Positions 18,803-27,848 are shown, numbered from the stretch's first letter. The stretch is DNA of 64,000 bases from Chloroflexota bacterium (GCA_035444285.1 DAOMOK010000025.1:7506-71505); one strand, 5' to 3'. Notes: a model not told the origin generated them from the letters alone. Made by a program: numbers and translations.

Positions 18803-19008
18803 TTGTTGTTACCTCCAGGGGGGTCTGTTTCCGAATCAAACACATGTGCCAAAGAAGCCAGTAACCCCGCTACATTGGCAAAACTCTGTCGCTCCTCCGT
18901 ATCCAGCCATTGCAGGTGGAAACGCCAGAGGCGCCGGGACTCAGCGTCATCCTGTTCTGACCAACAGCGCAGGATGAGGGTGCGATGGGTCGGTGTGCGG
19001 TCGTTCAT
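18799..19008 (-). CDS. Small Trp-rich protein, unknown family (copy 2)
   Basis: 69 aa. LILRCWSEQDDAESRRLWRFHLQWLDTEERQSFANVAGLLASL aligns with 10241-10447. Its TGA overlaps the ATG of the giant gene (ATGA). Confidence 0.55.
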   Translation of the reverse strand: MNDRTPTHRTLILRCWSEQDDAESRRLWRFHLQWLDTEERQSFANVAGLLASLAHVFDSETDPPGGNNK

Positions 19009-19036
19009 GTTGTGTCTCTTTTCTGACCATGTTTGC

Positions 19037-19042
19037 TATAAT
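19037..19042 (+). promoter_or_regulatory. TATAAT -10 box upstream of the AbiE-like pair
   Basis: gcTATAATga lies in the 147-bp divergent spacer. Confidence 0.3.
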
Positions 19043-19154
19043 GACCAGATAAGCAGCAACATACACGGCTATTCTCAATTCAGTCTCAATTGGGAGACAG
19101 GCGGCTAAAAGTTGGTCTTTTCGCCAAAGCCTGACTTCTCCACAAAGTGTAGGT

Positions 19155-19436
19155 GTGATGAGACCAATACCCATCAACGAAAAACTGATGTGGGATACCG
19201 ATATTCCCCCCGATGCCCAAACTAACGAAGCCTTCCGCAAATGGTATATCAAGCGGGTGTTGACGCATGGAACAGCCGCCGACATACATGCCATAGGCTT
19301 AGAAACAATTCACCACTATCTGCCACATCTCCATCTTCCAGCCGATATAGATGAATTTTGGCAGTGGTATTTCAATGAACCACCCGTTCAGGAACGCTAT
19401 GGAAATCTTGACACCATTCCAGAATCAATTACTTAA
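19155..19436 (+). CDS. Small protein upstream of the AbiEii-like toxin (putative antitoxin partner)
   Basis: 93 aa. LMWDTDIP...FRKWYIKRVLTHGTAADI resembles, from memory, the short proteins that precede AbiEii-type NTases. Overlaps the next ORF by 38 nt. Confidence 0.5.
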   Translation: MMRPIPINEKLMWDTDIPPDAQTNEAFRKWYIKRVLTHGTAADIHAIGLETIHHYLPHLHLPADIDEFWQWYFNEPPVQERYGNLDTIPESIT

Positions 19437-20049
19437 AGCGATTGGCAGTTCTAATTTGGCGCAGAGTTTCTATCTAACAGGCGGAACCGCTCTGTCTGCT
19501 TTTTATCTACACCACCGCTTTTCAGAAGACCTCGACTTTTTTTCTGCTGATCCCAATGCTGTACGCCTGGTTCGCCCTGAACTGGAAAGAGTCGCATCTA
19601 ACCTCGGGGGACAACTTGAATTCAGCCGCACGTTCAATACCTTTGTTGAATGCTTTATTACTGCTCAGGATGGCGAAATAGTAAAGCTTGATTTTGCCCA
19701 AGATACGCCCTATCGATTGCAGCCGACGCAACTCAATTCTGTATTTGGCGTTCAGCTTGATAGTGCGTTAGATATTGCCGCAAATAAGCTGGCAGCCTTG
19801 TTTGACCGCGCTGCTGAAAAGGATTTCGTGGACATCTTTTTTGTCCACCGCGAATTGATTCAATTCGCTGAGTTGTTGCCGTTGGCGCGTGAAAAACAGA
19901 TGGGCATGGATGATTATTGGCTAGCAATTGCCTTACAGCGTGTCCGCCAGGTTGAAATACTACCGCGCATGATCAAACCGGTAGTCTTGGCTGATTTACG
20001 AACCTTCTTCTTACAGTTAGCACGGGCGTTAATGGCTAAGGGGGTATAA
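19399..20049 (+). CDS. Nucleotidyltransferase AbiEii/AbiGii toxin family protein
   Basis: FYLTGGTALSAFYLHHRFSEDLDFF is the family hallmark. Start set at MEILTPFQNQLL (19399). Confidence 0.85.
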   Translation: MEILTPFQNQLLKAIGSSNLAQSFYLTGGTALSAFYLHHRFSEDLDFFSADPNAVRLVRPELERVASNLGGQLEFSRTFNTFVECFITAQDGEIVKLDFAQDTPYRLQPTQLNSVFGVQLDSALDIAANKLAALFDRAAEKDFVDIFFVHRELIQFAELLPLAREKQMGMDDYWLAIALQRVRQVEILPRMIKPVVLADLRTFFLQLARALMAKGV

Positions 20050-20055
20050 GCCCTC

Positions 20056-23000
20056 ATGCTCAAATTCCACTTGCTGGGGCGGCCACAAATTAATCTGGGC
20101 GACCAGCCAGTTACCGACTTTGCCTCGGAAAAAGAGCTGCTGCTGCTCTGTTACCTGGCCTGCAATCCGGGTGAATACAGCCGACCACAGCTGGCCGGGC
20201 TACTGTGGGGGGAGATGCGCGAGGAGCGGGCGCGGGCTAACCTGAGTACGGCCGTATACAACCTGCACCAACTATTACCCACTGCCATCCAGGTCACCCG
20301 CAAAACGGCCGTTTTCAACCCCACCCAACCCGTCTGGCTGGATACGGCCGTTCTCCAGCAGGCTCTTAACGAAGATGCCGAGAACCTCGAAGCAGCGGTT
20401 GCCCGTTATCGCGGCCCATTTTTAGAAGGCATTTACCCACAGGATGCGCCGGAACTGGAAACATGGTTACAACAGGAGCGAGAACGATGGCGGTTGTTGG
20501 CCCTGACCGCCCTGGATCGCCTGGCTCAACAGCAAAGCCAGGGCGGGGAATGGGAAAAGGCCATCACCACTCTGCGCCGCCTGCTCGACCTGGAACCCTG
20601 GCGCGAAGAATCCCATCGGGTGCTCATGCGGCTGTTGGCCCGCACCGGCCAGTTCAACGCCGCTTTGGTGCAGTACGAAACCTGCCGCACTCTGCTTGAG
20701 CAAGAGTTAGGCGTGGAACCCATGGCGGAGACAACGGCCGTTTACCACCGCATCCAGACCGCCCGCCAGCGCCCCCAAACACACCATCTGCCCCCGCAAC
20801 CCACCCCTCTGGTCGGTCGCGCCGCCGAATTGGGCCGGCTTTTTGTCTGGTTCAATGACCCGTCGCGGCGGCTGATCACCCTGGCCGGGCCGGGTGGCAG
20901 CGGCAAAACGCGGCTGGCCCTGGCCGCCGCCGGCGATCAGGCTTACGCCTTTCTGGATGGCGTCCACTTTGTTCCCCTGGTCGAGGTAACCAACCACGCC
21001 GGACTGGTACAGGCCATCGCCACCGCGCTGGGGCTGACCCTGACCGCCGGTGAGGAGCAGCCCCAGCTGCTCGACTATCTGCGCCACAAAGAGATGCTGC
21101 TGTTATTGGACAATGTGGAGCAGGCATTGGCCCCCACCGCCGATCTGGTCTTGACCCTGCTGGAAAATGCGTCCCGGCTGCGCCTGATCGTCACCTCGCG
21201 GGAATATCTGCAACTGCGTTGGGAGACGCGCCTGTCTTTAGGCGGACTGCCTGTTCCCCCCGATGCAGCGGCCGATATGGCTGCCTTTGACGCCGTGCGC
21301 CTGTTTGTGCAGGTGGGGCAGCGGGTGTGTCCCGATTTCAATCTGACGGGGCAGGAAACGGCCGTTGCCGACCTCTGCCGCCTGGTGGAGGGCATACCGC
21401 TGGCGCTGGAACTGGCCGCTTCTCTGCTGAACGCCGAAGCCCCCCCCCAACTGCTGGCGCAAATCCGGCAAAGTTTCGACCGGCTGGCGACCACGATGCA
21501 CGACGTGCCCGCCCGCCACCGCAGCCTGCGCGCTGTATTTGACTATTCCTGGGCGCTGCTGGCGGCCGCGCAGCAGGCGGCGCTGCCCCGCCTGGCGCTG
21601 TTTCATGGCGGCTTTACGCCTCAGGCGGCGCTGGCTGTGGCCGCCGCGTCACCGGTGCTGTTGGCGGGTCTGGCCGCTAAATCGCTCATCCACACCGAGG
21701 CTAACGGCCGTTACAGCCTGCACGAACTCATCCGCCACTATGCCCTGGAGCGGCTGGCCGATGTGCCGCCAGCCACTGCCGCCCACGCCGCCTATTTTGC
21801 GGCACAGCTACAGCAGGCAGCGCAAACCTTGCATGGCTCAGCGCAAACGGCCGTTGCCCACCAACTGCTGGCCGATTTAGCCAATATCGAGGTGGGCTGG
21901 CAAACGGGAATTGCTGCCGCAGATGAAGATTTGCTGCGGGCAATGGCCCCCGGATTGGCCCGTTTTTATGTGGTAGCGGGTTTGTTTCAGGCAGGCGAGG
22001 CCGCTTTTGGTGCAGCCCTGGTCAGTCTCGCGACTCCGGCTTTACAGGTGTACCACGCCATGTTTTTGTTGGAACGGCAGGAATATGAGGCAGCGGCAAC
22101 GGCCGTTGCCGCTGCCTCTGCCGGCCTGTCAGATCCCGTTCTGGTGGCCCAGGCGTATCTCATTACCGCCGCCACTTCTTTGCGTCAGGGAGATGTGGCC
22201 GCAGCCCACGGCGCGCTCACACAGGCGCTGGCCACGGCTGAAAAGGCCCAAATTCCCTGGCTAGAGGCGCAGGCGTGGCGTTTGTTTGGGCAGGTGAGTG
22301 AGCGCACAGGCGCGTATGCCCAGGCAGAAGAGGCGCTGCGCCAGGCGTTGGCCATCTACGAGACCAGTGGTGATCCCCTGGAACTGGCGCGTACTTACCA
22401 ATCATTGGCCGCTGTGCTCTTTCGGCGCGGTGACAATGTCGGCTCAAAGCAGCTCTTGGAAAAAGCGTTGGCGATACAGCGGCAAGTAGACCCCACCGGC
22501 TTGAGCAGCGCCCGCGTGTTGGTGGCGCTGGGGACTGTCGCCAGCAACCTGAACCAGGAAGAGCAGGCGGTCGCTTTTTTCCAGCAGTCTCTGGCTGTTT
22601 TTCGGCAGATGGGCGACCGGGCCAATGCGGCGCTGGCGGCTAATATGTTGGGACGCGGAGCGGCCTGGGATTACGACTTCAGCCGGGCGCGAAATTATTA
22701 CACGCAGGCGTTGGCCTGGTATGGGGAGATCGGGCAGCGCAAGGGGGTAGCGGACACGCAGCGTTATCTGGCTGACTTGGCTCTTACTCTGGGGCAATAT
22801 GAGGAGGCGCAGGCGCGATTAACGGCCGTTTTAGACACCTATCACGCCATTCAAGATAAACGCAGTGTCGGCACAACTCTGACCCGACTCTCCCTCCTCC
22901 ACCATCTTCAGGGCGACGAGCAAACGGCCGCCCAGCAGGCTGAGGCGGCGCTGGCTATCGCCGCCGAAATTGGCAATCCGCTGCTGCGGGCATATGGTCT

Positions 23001-23439
23001 GAGTTGTTTGGGCCATGCCTGGCGGGGGAAAAAATTGTGGGATCGGGCTACGGCCGTGTACGGCGACGCCATCAACCTCTGGCAAGAATTGGATATGACG
23101 GGGTTGCAAGCAGAGAATCAGGCGGCGCTGGCAACCGTCCACCACGCGGCCGGGCGGCCGGATAACGCCTGGTCCTTGCTGGAAACGGCCGTGGCTCACC
23201 TGGTCGCCAATCCTCAGCCTGATTGTGACACGCCGGGGCAGTTGTATCTGGACTGTGTTCTCTTGCTGCAAGCGAAAGGGGATGAAGCCCAGGCGGCCCA
23301 TCTTTGGCGGCAAGCGATTGCGGTCATCCGCCGGCAGGCCGATGGAATTGACGAGGTGCAAAGCCGGTTGGCTTTTCTGACGGGCATCCAGGTGCACCAG
23401 CGATTGTTCACTCTCGACCTGGCGCATAATCCTCAATAG
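20056..23439 (+). CDS. BTAD/SARP + NB-ARC-type ATPase + TPR regulator (STAND class)
   Basis: LLLLCYLACNPGEYSRPQLAGLLWGE. BTAD HRVLMRLLARTGQFNAALVQYETCRTLLEQELGVEP. Walker A LAGPGGSGKTRLAL and Walker B LLLLDNVEQ. About 550-aa TPR region. Starts 7 nt after the AbiEii stop. Confidence 0.9.
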   Translation: MLKFHLLGRPQINLGDQPVTDFASEKELLLLCYLACNPGEYSRPQLAGLLWGEMREERARANLSTAVYNLHQLLPTAIQVTRKTAVFNPTQPVWLDTAVLQQALNEDAENLEAAVARYRGPFLEGIYPQDAPELETWLQQERERWRLLALTALDRLAQQQSQGGEWEKAITTLRRLLDLEPWREESHRVLMRLLARTGQFNAALVQYETCRTLLEQELGVEPMAETTAVYHRIQTARQRPQTHHLPPQPTPLVGRAAELGRLFVWFNDPSRRLITLAGPGGSGKTRLALAAAGDQAYAFLDGVHFVPLVEVTNHAGLVQAIATALGLTLTAGEEQPQLLDYLRHKEMLLLLDNVEQALAPTADLVLTLLENASRLRLIVTSREYLQLRWETRLSLGGLPVPPDAAADMAAFDAVRLFVQVGQRVCPDFNLTGQETAVADLCRLVEGIPLALELAASLLNAEAPPQLLAQIRQSFDRLATTMHDVPARHRSLRAVFDYSWALLAAAQQAALPRLALFHGGFTPQAALAVAAASPVLLAGLAAKSLIHTEANGRYSLHELIRHYALERLADVPPATAAHAAYFAAQLQQAAQTLHGSAQTAVAHQLLADLANIEVGWQTGIAAADEDLLRAMAPGLARFYVVAGLFQAGEAAFGAALVSLATPALQVYHAMFLLERQEYEAAATAVAAASAGLSDPVLVAQAYLITAATSLRQGDVAAAHGALTQALATAEKAQIPWLEAQAWRLFGQVSERTGAYAQAEEALRQALAIYETSGDPLELARTYQSLAAVLFRRGDNVGSKQLLEKALAIQRQVDPTGLSSARVLVALGTVASNLNQEEQAVAFFQQSLAVFRQMGDRANAALAANMLGRGAAWDYDFSRARNYYTQALAWYGEIGQRKGVADTQRYLADLALTLGQYEEAQARLTAVLDTYHAIQDKRSVGTTLTRLSLLHHLQGDEQTAAQQAEAALAIAAEIGNPLLRAYGLSCLGHAWRGKKLWDRATAVYGDAINLWQELDMTGLQAENQAALATVHHAAGRPDNAWSLLETAVAHLVANPQPDCDTPGQLYLDCVLLLQAKGDEAQAAHLWRQAIAVIRRQADGIDEVQSRLAFLTGIQVHQRLFTLDLAHNPQ

Positions 23440-23584
23440 CAGGGAGAATGATGCAATGCGCGCCTGCGAGTCGGTCTCACAAATTTTAGGATTTATTTGT
23501 TGGGAAATTTTCTGTGTTTTCCAGCCTGCTGTCAGGTTCTTGTGTGTTTTCGTTGAAAGGCGGAGGCATCATTTTCTAACCGCT

Positions 23585-24575
23585 CTAGTTTGATAAATCC
23601 TGGTCAATCTCGGCCAGATCAACCAACATTGTTTGGGAAATGCGCCAATTACGGCCGTTTCTTTCTTCATCAGTCACCAGTTTGCTTGCCGTTGTCTGGA
23701 CGTCCTTTACCCAGCCACCGCGCGCCATGCCCACGTAAGCAATTTGCCAATGACCTTGCGTAGGGACAACTGCCTCTGTTTTGCGACGCAAGGTATCCAG
23801 GACAGCACCATCCATTTGCTTAGGCGACCATTTACACTCGCCCAAAACGAGCGTTTTTTCCATTTTATTGATGCCGACGACATCTACTTGTGCCGTTTTG
23901 TCCCAATAGCTGCCCACCTGATCCACCAAAAAAGGCAGCTTACCGACAGCCCCAGCCCGCAGCACCCATTCGCGGCAGAGTTCTTCCCACGTATGTGTAC
24001 CAATAAAATCAAGCAGATGTCGTTTGATTTCAGCCAGGGCTGGCTCTTGGATTCCCAGAGCCAATTGTGTTTGGCGTGATGCCAGAAAACGATAATAAAA
24101 ACGGAGATAGGGGTCAGATATATGATAACGGCTTTGACGCGATTGTATGTGAGCCGTTATCGGAATTCGCCGCTCGATAAAACCGGCCGCTTCTAATACG
24201 CTGAGCTAGCTGGAGACATGGCCTTGCGCTAAACCCGTAAACGTTTTTATCTCTTTTTGCGTCCTGTAGCCATTGGCAATCGCGTTGAAAAGGGCGATGT
24301 AATTATCGGGTTCGCGCACAAAATCTTGCAGCAGCAAACGGGGTTCAGCTTGCATAAGATTATTGGCGGTCAGCAGCTGTTGGCGTATGTTTTCAGACAA
24401 CGTGACCGTTTGATCCAGCCGTTCCCAATAAGCCGGAATGCCGCCAAACATGGCATAGATGGCAACTCTTTCAGCCACATCATAATCTGGGAAATACAGC
24501 CTACTTGTACCAAAGGGCAGCGGTTGCACGTGCAGTTGCGCGCTGGCACGTCCATATAAAGGCGCCTGATAACCT
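23585..24575 (-). pseudogene. DUF234-type (archaeal-ATPase-like) ATPase, 5'-truncated with an in-frame TAG
   Basis: One frame reads APLYGRASAQLHVQPLPF...FGGIPAYWERL...GLAQGHVSS[TAG]LSVLEAAGFIERRIPIT...YHISDPYLRFYYRFL...ECKWSPKQ. No Walker A region. The upstream side abuts an IS5 fragment. Confidence 0.7.
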
Positions 24576-24592
24576 AGGGCGTGTCTGCAAAC

Positions 24593-24830
24593 TCATAACC
24601 AGATGAGAATCGCAGCAATCACCCACATAGCTCGATAATTTGCTACCCGTTTTTCGTACCGGGTCGCAATGCGGCGGTATTGCTTGAAACGATTGATGAG
24701 GCGTTCCACCAGATTTCGACGACGATATATTTCCTTGTTGAACGGCCCTTGCAGCTTCATGTTCGTCCTTTTGGCAATCGTGAAGCGAATGCCCTGCTTC
24801 TTTAAGGGGTAAATACGTAATACGGGTAAA
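24593..24830 (-). mobile_element. IS5-family transposase C-terminal fragment
   Basis: The minus strand reads ...GIRFTIAKRTNMKLQGPFNKEIYRRRNLVERLINRFKQYRRIATRYEKRVANYRAMWVIAAILIWL*, the conserved IS5/IS427-type tail. No N-terminal part is present. Confidence 0.7.
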
Positions 24831-24860
24831 AATGGTCCACTTTAGGGAAGTGATCAAATC

Positions 24861-25133
24861 TCAACCATAAAAACAAGCATACTCATCAGTTTCCACTGCA
24901 TCAATAAATTCTTCTAGAGTTTTGACTTCAGGCAGAGGATCATAACGATGCCATCTCATGTCGGCTCGGTGCCAAAAGATACGCCATACTTTTTGCGTCT
25001 TGACCCACGTAGTTTTGGCGATGGGGATTTCGATCATTTTCAGAGGGTCACCGAGCCGAGGACGAATTTCAAATATCTCAACATTTTGATTTTTAATGAG
25101 AAAAGCCAAGTCGACTTGATTGCGCAGGTGCAT
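24861..25133 (-). CDS. DUF3024-like small protein
   Basis: VWRIFWHRADMRWHRYDPLPEVKTLEEFIDAVETDEYACFYG matches my recollection of the DUF3024 C-terminus. Confidence 0.55.
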   Translation of the reverse strand: MHLRNQVDLAFLIKNQNVEIFEIRPRLGDPLKMIEIPIAKTTWVKTQKVWRIFWHRADMRWHRYDPLPEVKTLEEFIDAVETDEYACFYG

Positions 25134-25235
25134 AGGGGGCCGACGTTTTTCGATTTAGGCATTGACGATTTTTCGATATTGCTCTAATTCTTCTTGGGTA
25201 AACGCCATTTCTGTTCCCCTTCAAAAAGGTTTCTA

Positions 25236-25547
25236 TTATGACTTTTGCCAGGCAGCTAACAACTCTGCATCATGCGTCACAAAGTATTTGTACGAGTTGT
25301 AAGATAGCGGCTGATCGAGTTCGGGATTAATCAACTTCCGTACGCTGGCTAAATCAATCCCACGCCGCAAATACTTCAAAATCTCATCTCGGTGTGCATC
25401 CAGCACACGCTCTTTATTGCGACTGCCTTTTGGCCGGCCTAATTTAACTCCTTTGGCCTTTACCGCCGCCAACCCTTGTTTGACCCGCATGGAAATGAAC
25501 TCTCGCTCTGCGGTTCTTTGGGAATTCATGTGGTTGACAGCATATAT
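25236..25547 (-). pseudogene. Serine recombinase (resolvase) C-terminal fragment
   Basis: RTAEREFISMRVKQGLAAVKAKGVKLGRPKG plus an HTH tail. The catalytic N-terminal domain is missing. Abuts the ISL3 element. Confidence 0.65.
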
Positions 25548-25552
25548 GGGGG

Positions 25553-26227
25553 TCAAACATATCGTTTGTACCCCTCTAAATCCAGCCAAATGCGCTGAAA
25601 CAGCGTACTCACCTTCTTAATACCGTAGCACCGCCTCTTGATTACCTTCACTTTATTGTTCAATCCCTCCACAAAGCCGCTACTGGCCCGACGGATAAAG
25701 TAGTTGGCGATATAGGCCAAATGATGGCGCAAGCTCTTGATGAAGTCATCAAAACAAGTCAGGCTCGTTCGCTCCACTTTGGCTATCCACTTCAACAAAC
25801 GAGTTTCCGCCTGTTTGCGGCTCAGTTTCATCTCAAAAATCGCTGTCAGTTCCTGGCGTAGGGTGTAGGCCAGATGGAGGTGTGGTGAATGGGTCAGGAG
25901 GCGGCGCAGTTGGGCCTGTTGCCCTTCATCCAGGTCCTCGTGATTGTGCCGTAACAACCAGAGCGCCCCGGTAAAATCGGCTGTGTATGTTGCCGTGGCT
26001 AGCTCCTGTTTCAGACGACGCATCTCCTGTTTACGCAACTGGTCGAAACCGTCCCGATAATGTTGAGCCACATGAAAGCGATCTACCACGATGGCCGTTC
26101 CCTTCATCTCATGGCGGCTGATAAATTCAGCGATAGCCGTCAAGTAGCCTTCCCACATATCGGTGCAGAAGGTATGGATGGTGCGGCGTAGGCGCGCCGG
26201 TATCGTCTCCAAAAAGGCACTCACCAT
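25553..26227 (-). CDS. ISL3 transposase, C-terminal DDE part (-1 frame relative to the N-terminal part)
   Basis: FCTDMWEGYL...VVDRFHVAQH...FVEGLNNKVKVIKRRCYGI. Confidence 0.85.
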   Translation of the reverse strand: MVSAFLETIPARLRRTIHTFCTDMWEGYLTAIAEFISRHEMKGTAIVVDRFHVAQHYRDGFDQLRKQEMRRLKQELATATYTADFTGALWLLRHNHEDLDEGQQAQLRRLLTHSPHLHLAYTLRQELTAIFEMKLSRKQAETRLLKWIAKVERTSLTCFDDFIKSLRHHLAYIANYFIRRASSGFVEGLNNKVKVIKRRCYGIKKVSTLFQRIWLDLEGYKRYV

Positions 26228-26823
26228 CGTTTTTTTCGCTCCTCCAAGACCGCCAGAATCCGCACTTCCCCATTATCCTGGCAAGCGGTTATCACCGCCG
26301 CATACTCCTTGCGTCCCTTCTTGAGGGCGATTTCATCTATGCCTACCGTGCCCAAGTTTTCGATTTCTGTCCAATCCACGGCTACCGCTACCTGTCGCTG
26401 AACCGCCCCCAGCACCGCATCATACCCCACCTTCTCTTTCCGGCTGACATCTTCGATGGTGCTGCCAATTAACTGCTTCATCAGATAGCGGTCGTAGGCT
26501 TTCGTGTGCGGACTGCGCGGCTCATACCAGCCCACTACCTGTGTCGTTGTCGGTTCATGCTGACAACTGAGACATTGCCCCCGTTTCGGTCGGATGCGGA
26601 TGGTGCTCTCATATCCCAATATCGGCAGGTGGCGCAACTCGATTTCTGCCCCATGCCCATAGTTGCACTTGATGGCCTGCCCACATATCCCGCATGGTGT
26701 GGTTTCCAACCGGCTTTCCACCTCAATAATGTATTTGCCGTCCCGCGTGATTTCGGTGCCCATGATATCCACATCGGGTATGTCCAACGGTATGGTAAGT
26801 TTGCCTGACGAATAATGAGTCAT
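26221..26823 (-). CDS. ISL3 transposase, N-terminal part (zinc-finger/HTH region)
   Basis: CGICGQAIKCNYGHGAEIELRHLPILGYESTIRIRPKRGQCLSC and VGIDEIALKKGRKEYAAVI are typical of ISL3. Ends just after an A7 run. Confidence 0.85.
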   Translation of the reverse strand: MTHYSSGKLTIPLDIPDVDIMGTEITRDGKYIIEVESRLETTPCGICGQAIKCNYGHGAEIELRHLPILGYESTIRIRPKRGQCLSCQHEPTTTQVVGWYEPRSPHTKAYDRYLMKQLIGSTIEDVSRKEKVGYDAVLGAVQRQVAVAVDWTEIENLGTVGIDEIALKKGRKEYAAVITACQDNGEVRILAVLEERKKRW

Positions 26824-26896
26824 CTTTCTCTCCTTGTTGTAAAATGACCCCTTTTCTACGGTATACCCATATCTGGGTGTACCCCCTGTATTCCCA

Positions 26897-27313
26897 TTGA
26901 ACCAAAAATTCAGGAGCGAACATGGAAATGGACCTTCAATTATTCAAATCGTCGGGTTGGTCGTTCTCGTTAGCGTGGTTTTATATTTCGCCGTCTATAA
27001 GGAATTGCGCGGCAGAGGGGTAATGCCCGGTCAAAAGAAATTGCTTCAAACAGGGGTCGCGGCACATGCCAAAGTACTCCAGGCGCAACCCACCGGAAGT
27101 TTTTTTGGGACGAAGGGCAATACCCATGAGCTTCAGGAAATTGCGCTTGTGTTGGAAATTCAGCCACCCGATGGCCCAGCTTATTCTGTAAAAACAACCC
27201 GCGCCGTCCCCACATCAGGCTTTTCAAACCCGTTTAAGGTCGGGCGCGAGTTGGAGGTAAAGGTTGATGCTTCCAACCCCAACAAGATCGCGATTGTGGG
27301 TTTTGATGGGTGA
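26897..27313 (+). CDS. Hypothetical membrane-anchored protein (start uncertain)
   Basis: 138-aa ORF with one TM helix. The only AGGAG-preceded ATG (26922) is in a different frame, so the start is unclear or the gene is damaged. Confidence 0.35.
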   Translation: MNQKFRSEHGNGPSIIQIVGLVVLVSVVLYFAVYKELRGRGVMPGQKKLLQTGVAAHAKVLQAQPTGSFFGTKGNTHELQEIALVLEIQPPDGPAYSVKTTRAVPTSGFSNPFKVGRELEVKVDASNPNKIAIVGFDG

Positions 27314-27343
27314 TCGGTTGCCTCTTGTTATCAAGAAGGGCTG

Positions 27344-27673
27344 TTAAACGAGAACGCCTTCCAGAACCGGGCCGCGGGTCACGGCCGTATGCGCTTCCAT
27401 CACGTCAAACATACGCACATTCACATCATGGACGGTGGGGTCTTCGCCCATTGCTGCCACCATCGGGCTGGCCAGGAAGTTTTGCACGGCCGTTTCGTCA
27501 TCAAAAAGGTAAATGCCACCGGCGGCGTTTTCCGCCTCATTGGCCAGCCAGATTTTCCAGCGCAGGCCGGGCGTATCGGCAATCAGTTGGGCGGCGGGCA
27601 ACCAGGCCTGCTCCAACTCCGCTCTGGAAACACCGCGAAATTTGAGATTGATCTGCAAAATTTTCTGAGACAT
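27344..27673 (-). CDS. ydhR: YdhR-family putative monooxygenase
   Basis: ILQINLKFRGV...PGLRWKIWLANEAENAAGGIYLFDDETAVQNFL closely parallels E. coli YdhR (LLQLHFAFNGP...[33 protein letters not shown]). Start at MSQKILQ (27673). Confidence 0.8.
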   Translation of the reverse strand: MSQKILQINLKFRGVSRAELEQAWLPAAQLIADTPGLRWKIWLANEAENAAGGIYLFDDETAVQNFLASPMVAAMGEDPTVHDVNVRMFDVMEAHTAVTRGPVLEGVLV

Positions 27674-27814
27674 GATTTGGTTTCCTTTTGTAGGGCGATT
27701 TGCCAAATCGCCCTACGATAATTTTCGACAGTGTAACGAACGGCCGTCCCGCCATCGTCCCAGAAAGCGTCCCGGTTCGGCCGTATCGGACTAACTGGTT
27801 TTGGCCTACAATAG

Positions 27815-27848
27815 AGACCTGACAGGTTTTTTGAAACCTGTCAGGTCT
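27815..27848 (+). promoter_or_regulatory. Perfect 15-bp-arm palindrome between a TACAAT box and the RBS of the regulator gene
   Basis: AGACCTGACAGGTTT tttg AAACCTGTCAGGTCT. TACAAT lies at 27807-27812, GGAGGA at 27849-27854 and the ATG at 27867. Confidence 0.6.

Larger units (their letters stand above)
25548..26886 (-). mobile_element. ISL3-family insertion sequence (ends approximate)
   Basis: Contains the two transposase ORFs below. Candidate imperfect ends are GGGGGT... at 25548 and ...ACCCCC at 26886. No clean target duplication seen. Confidence 0.6.
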
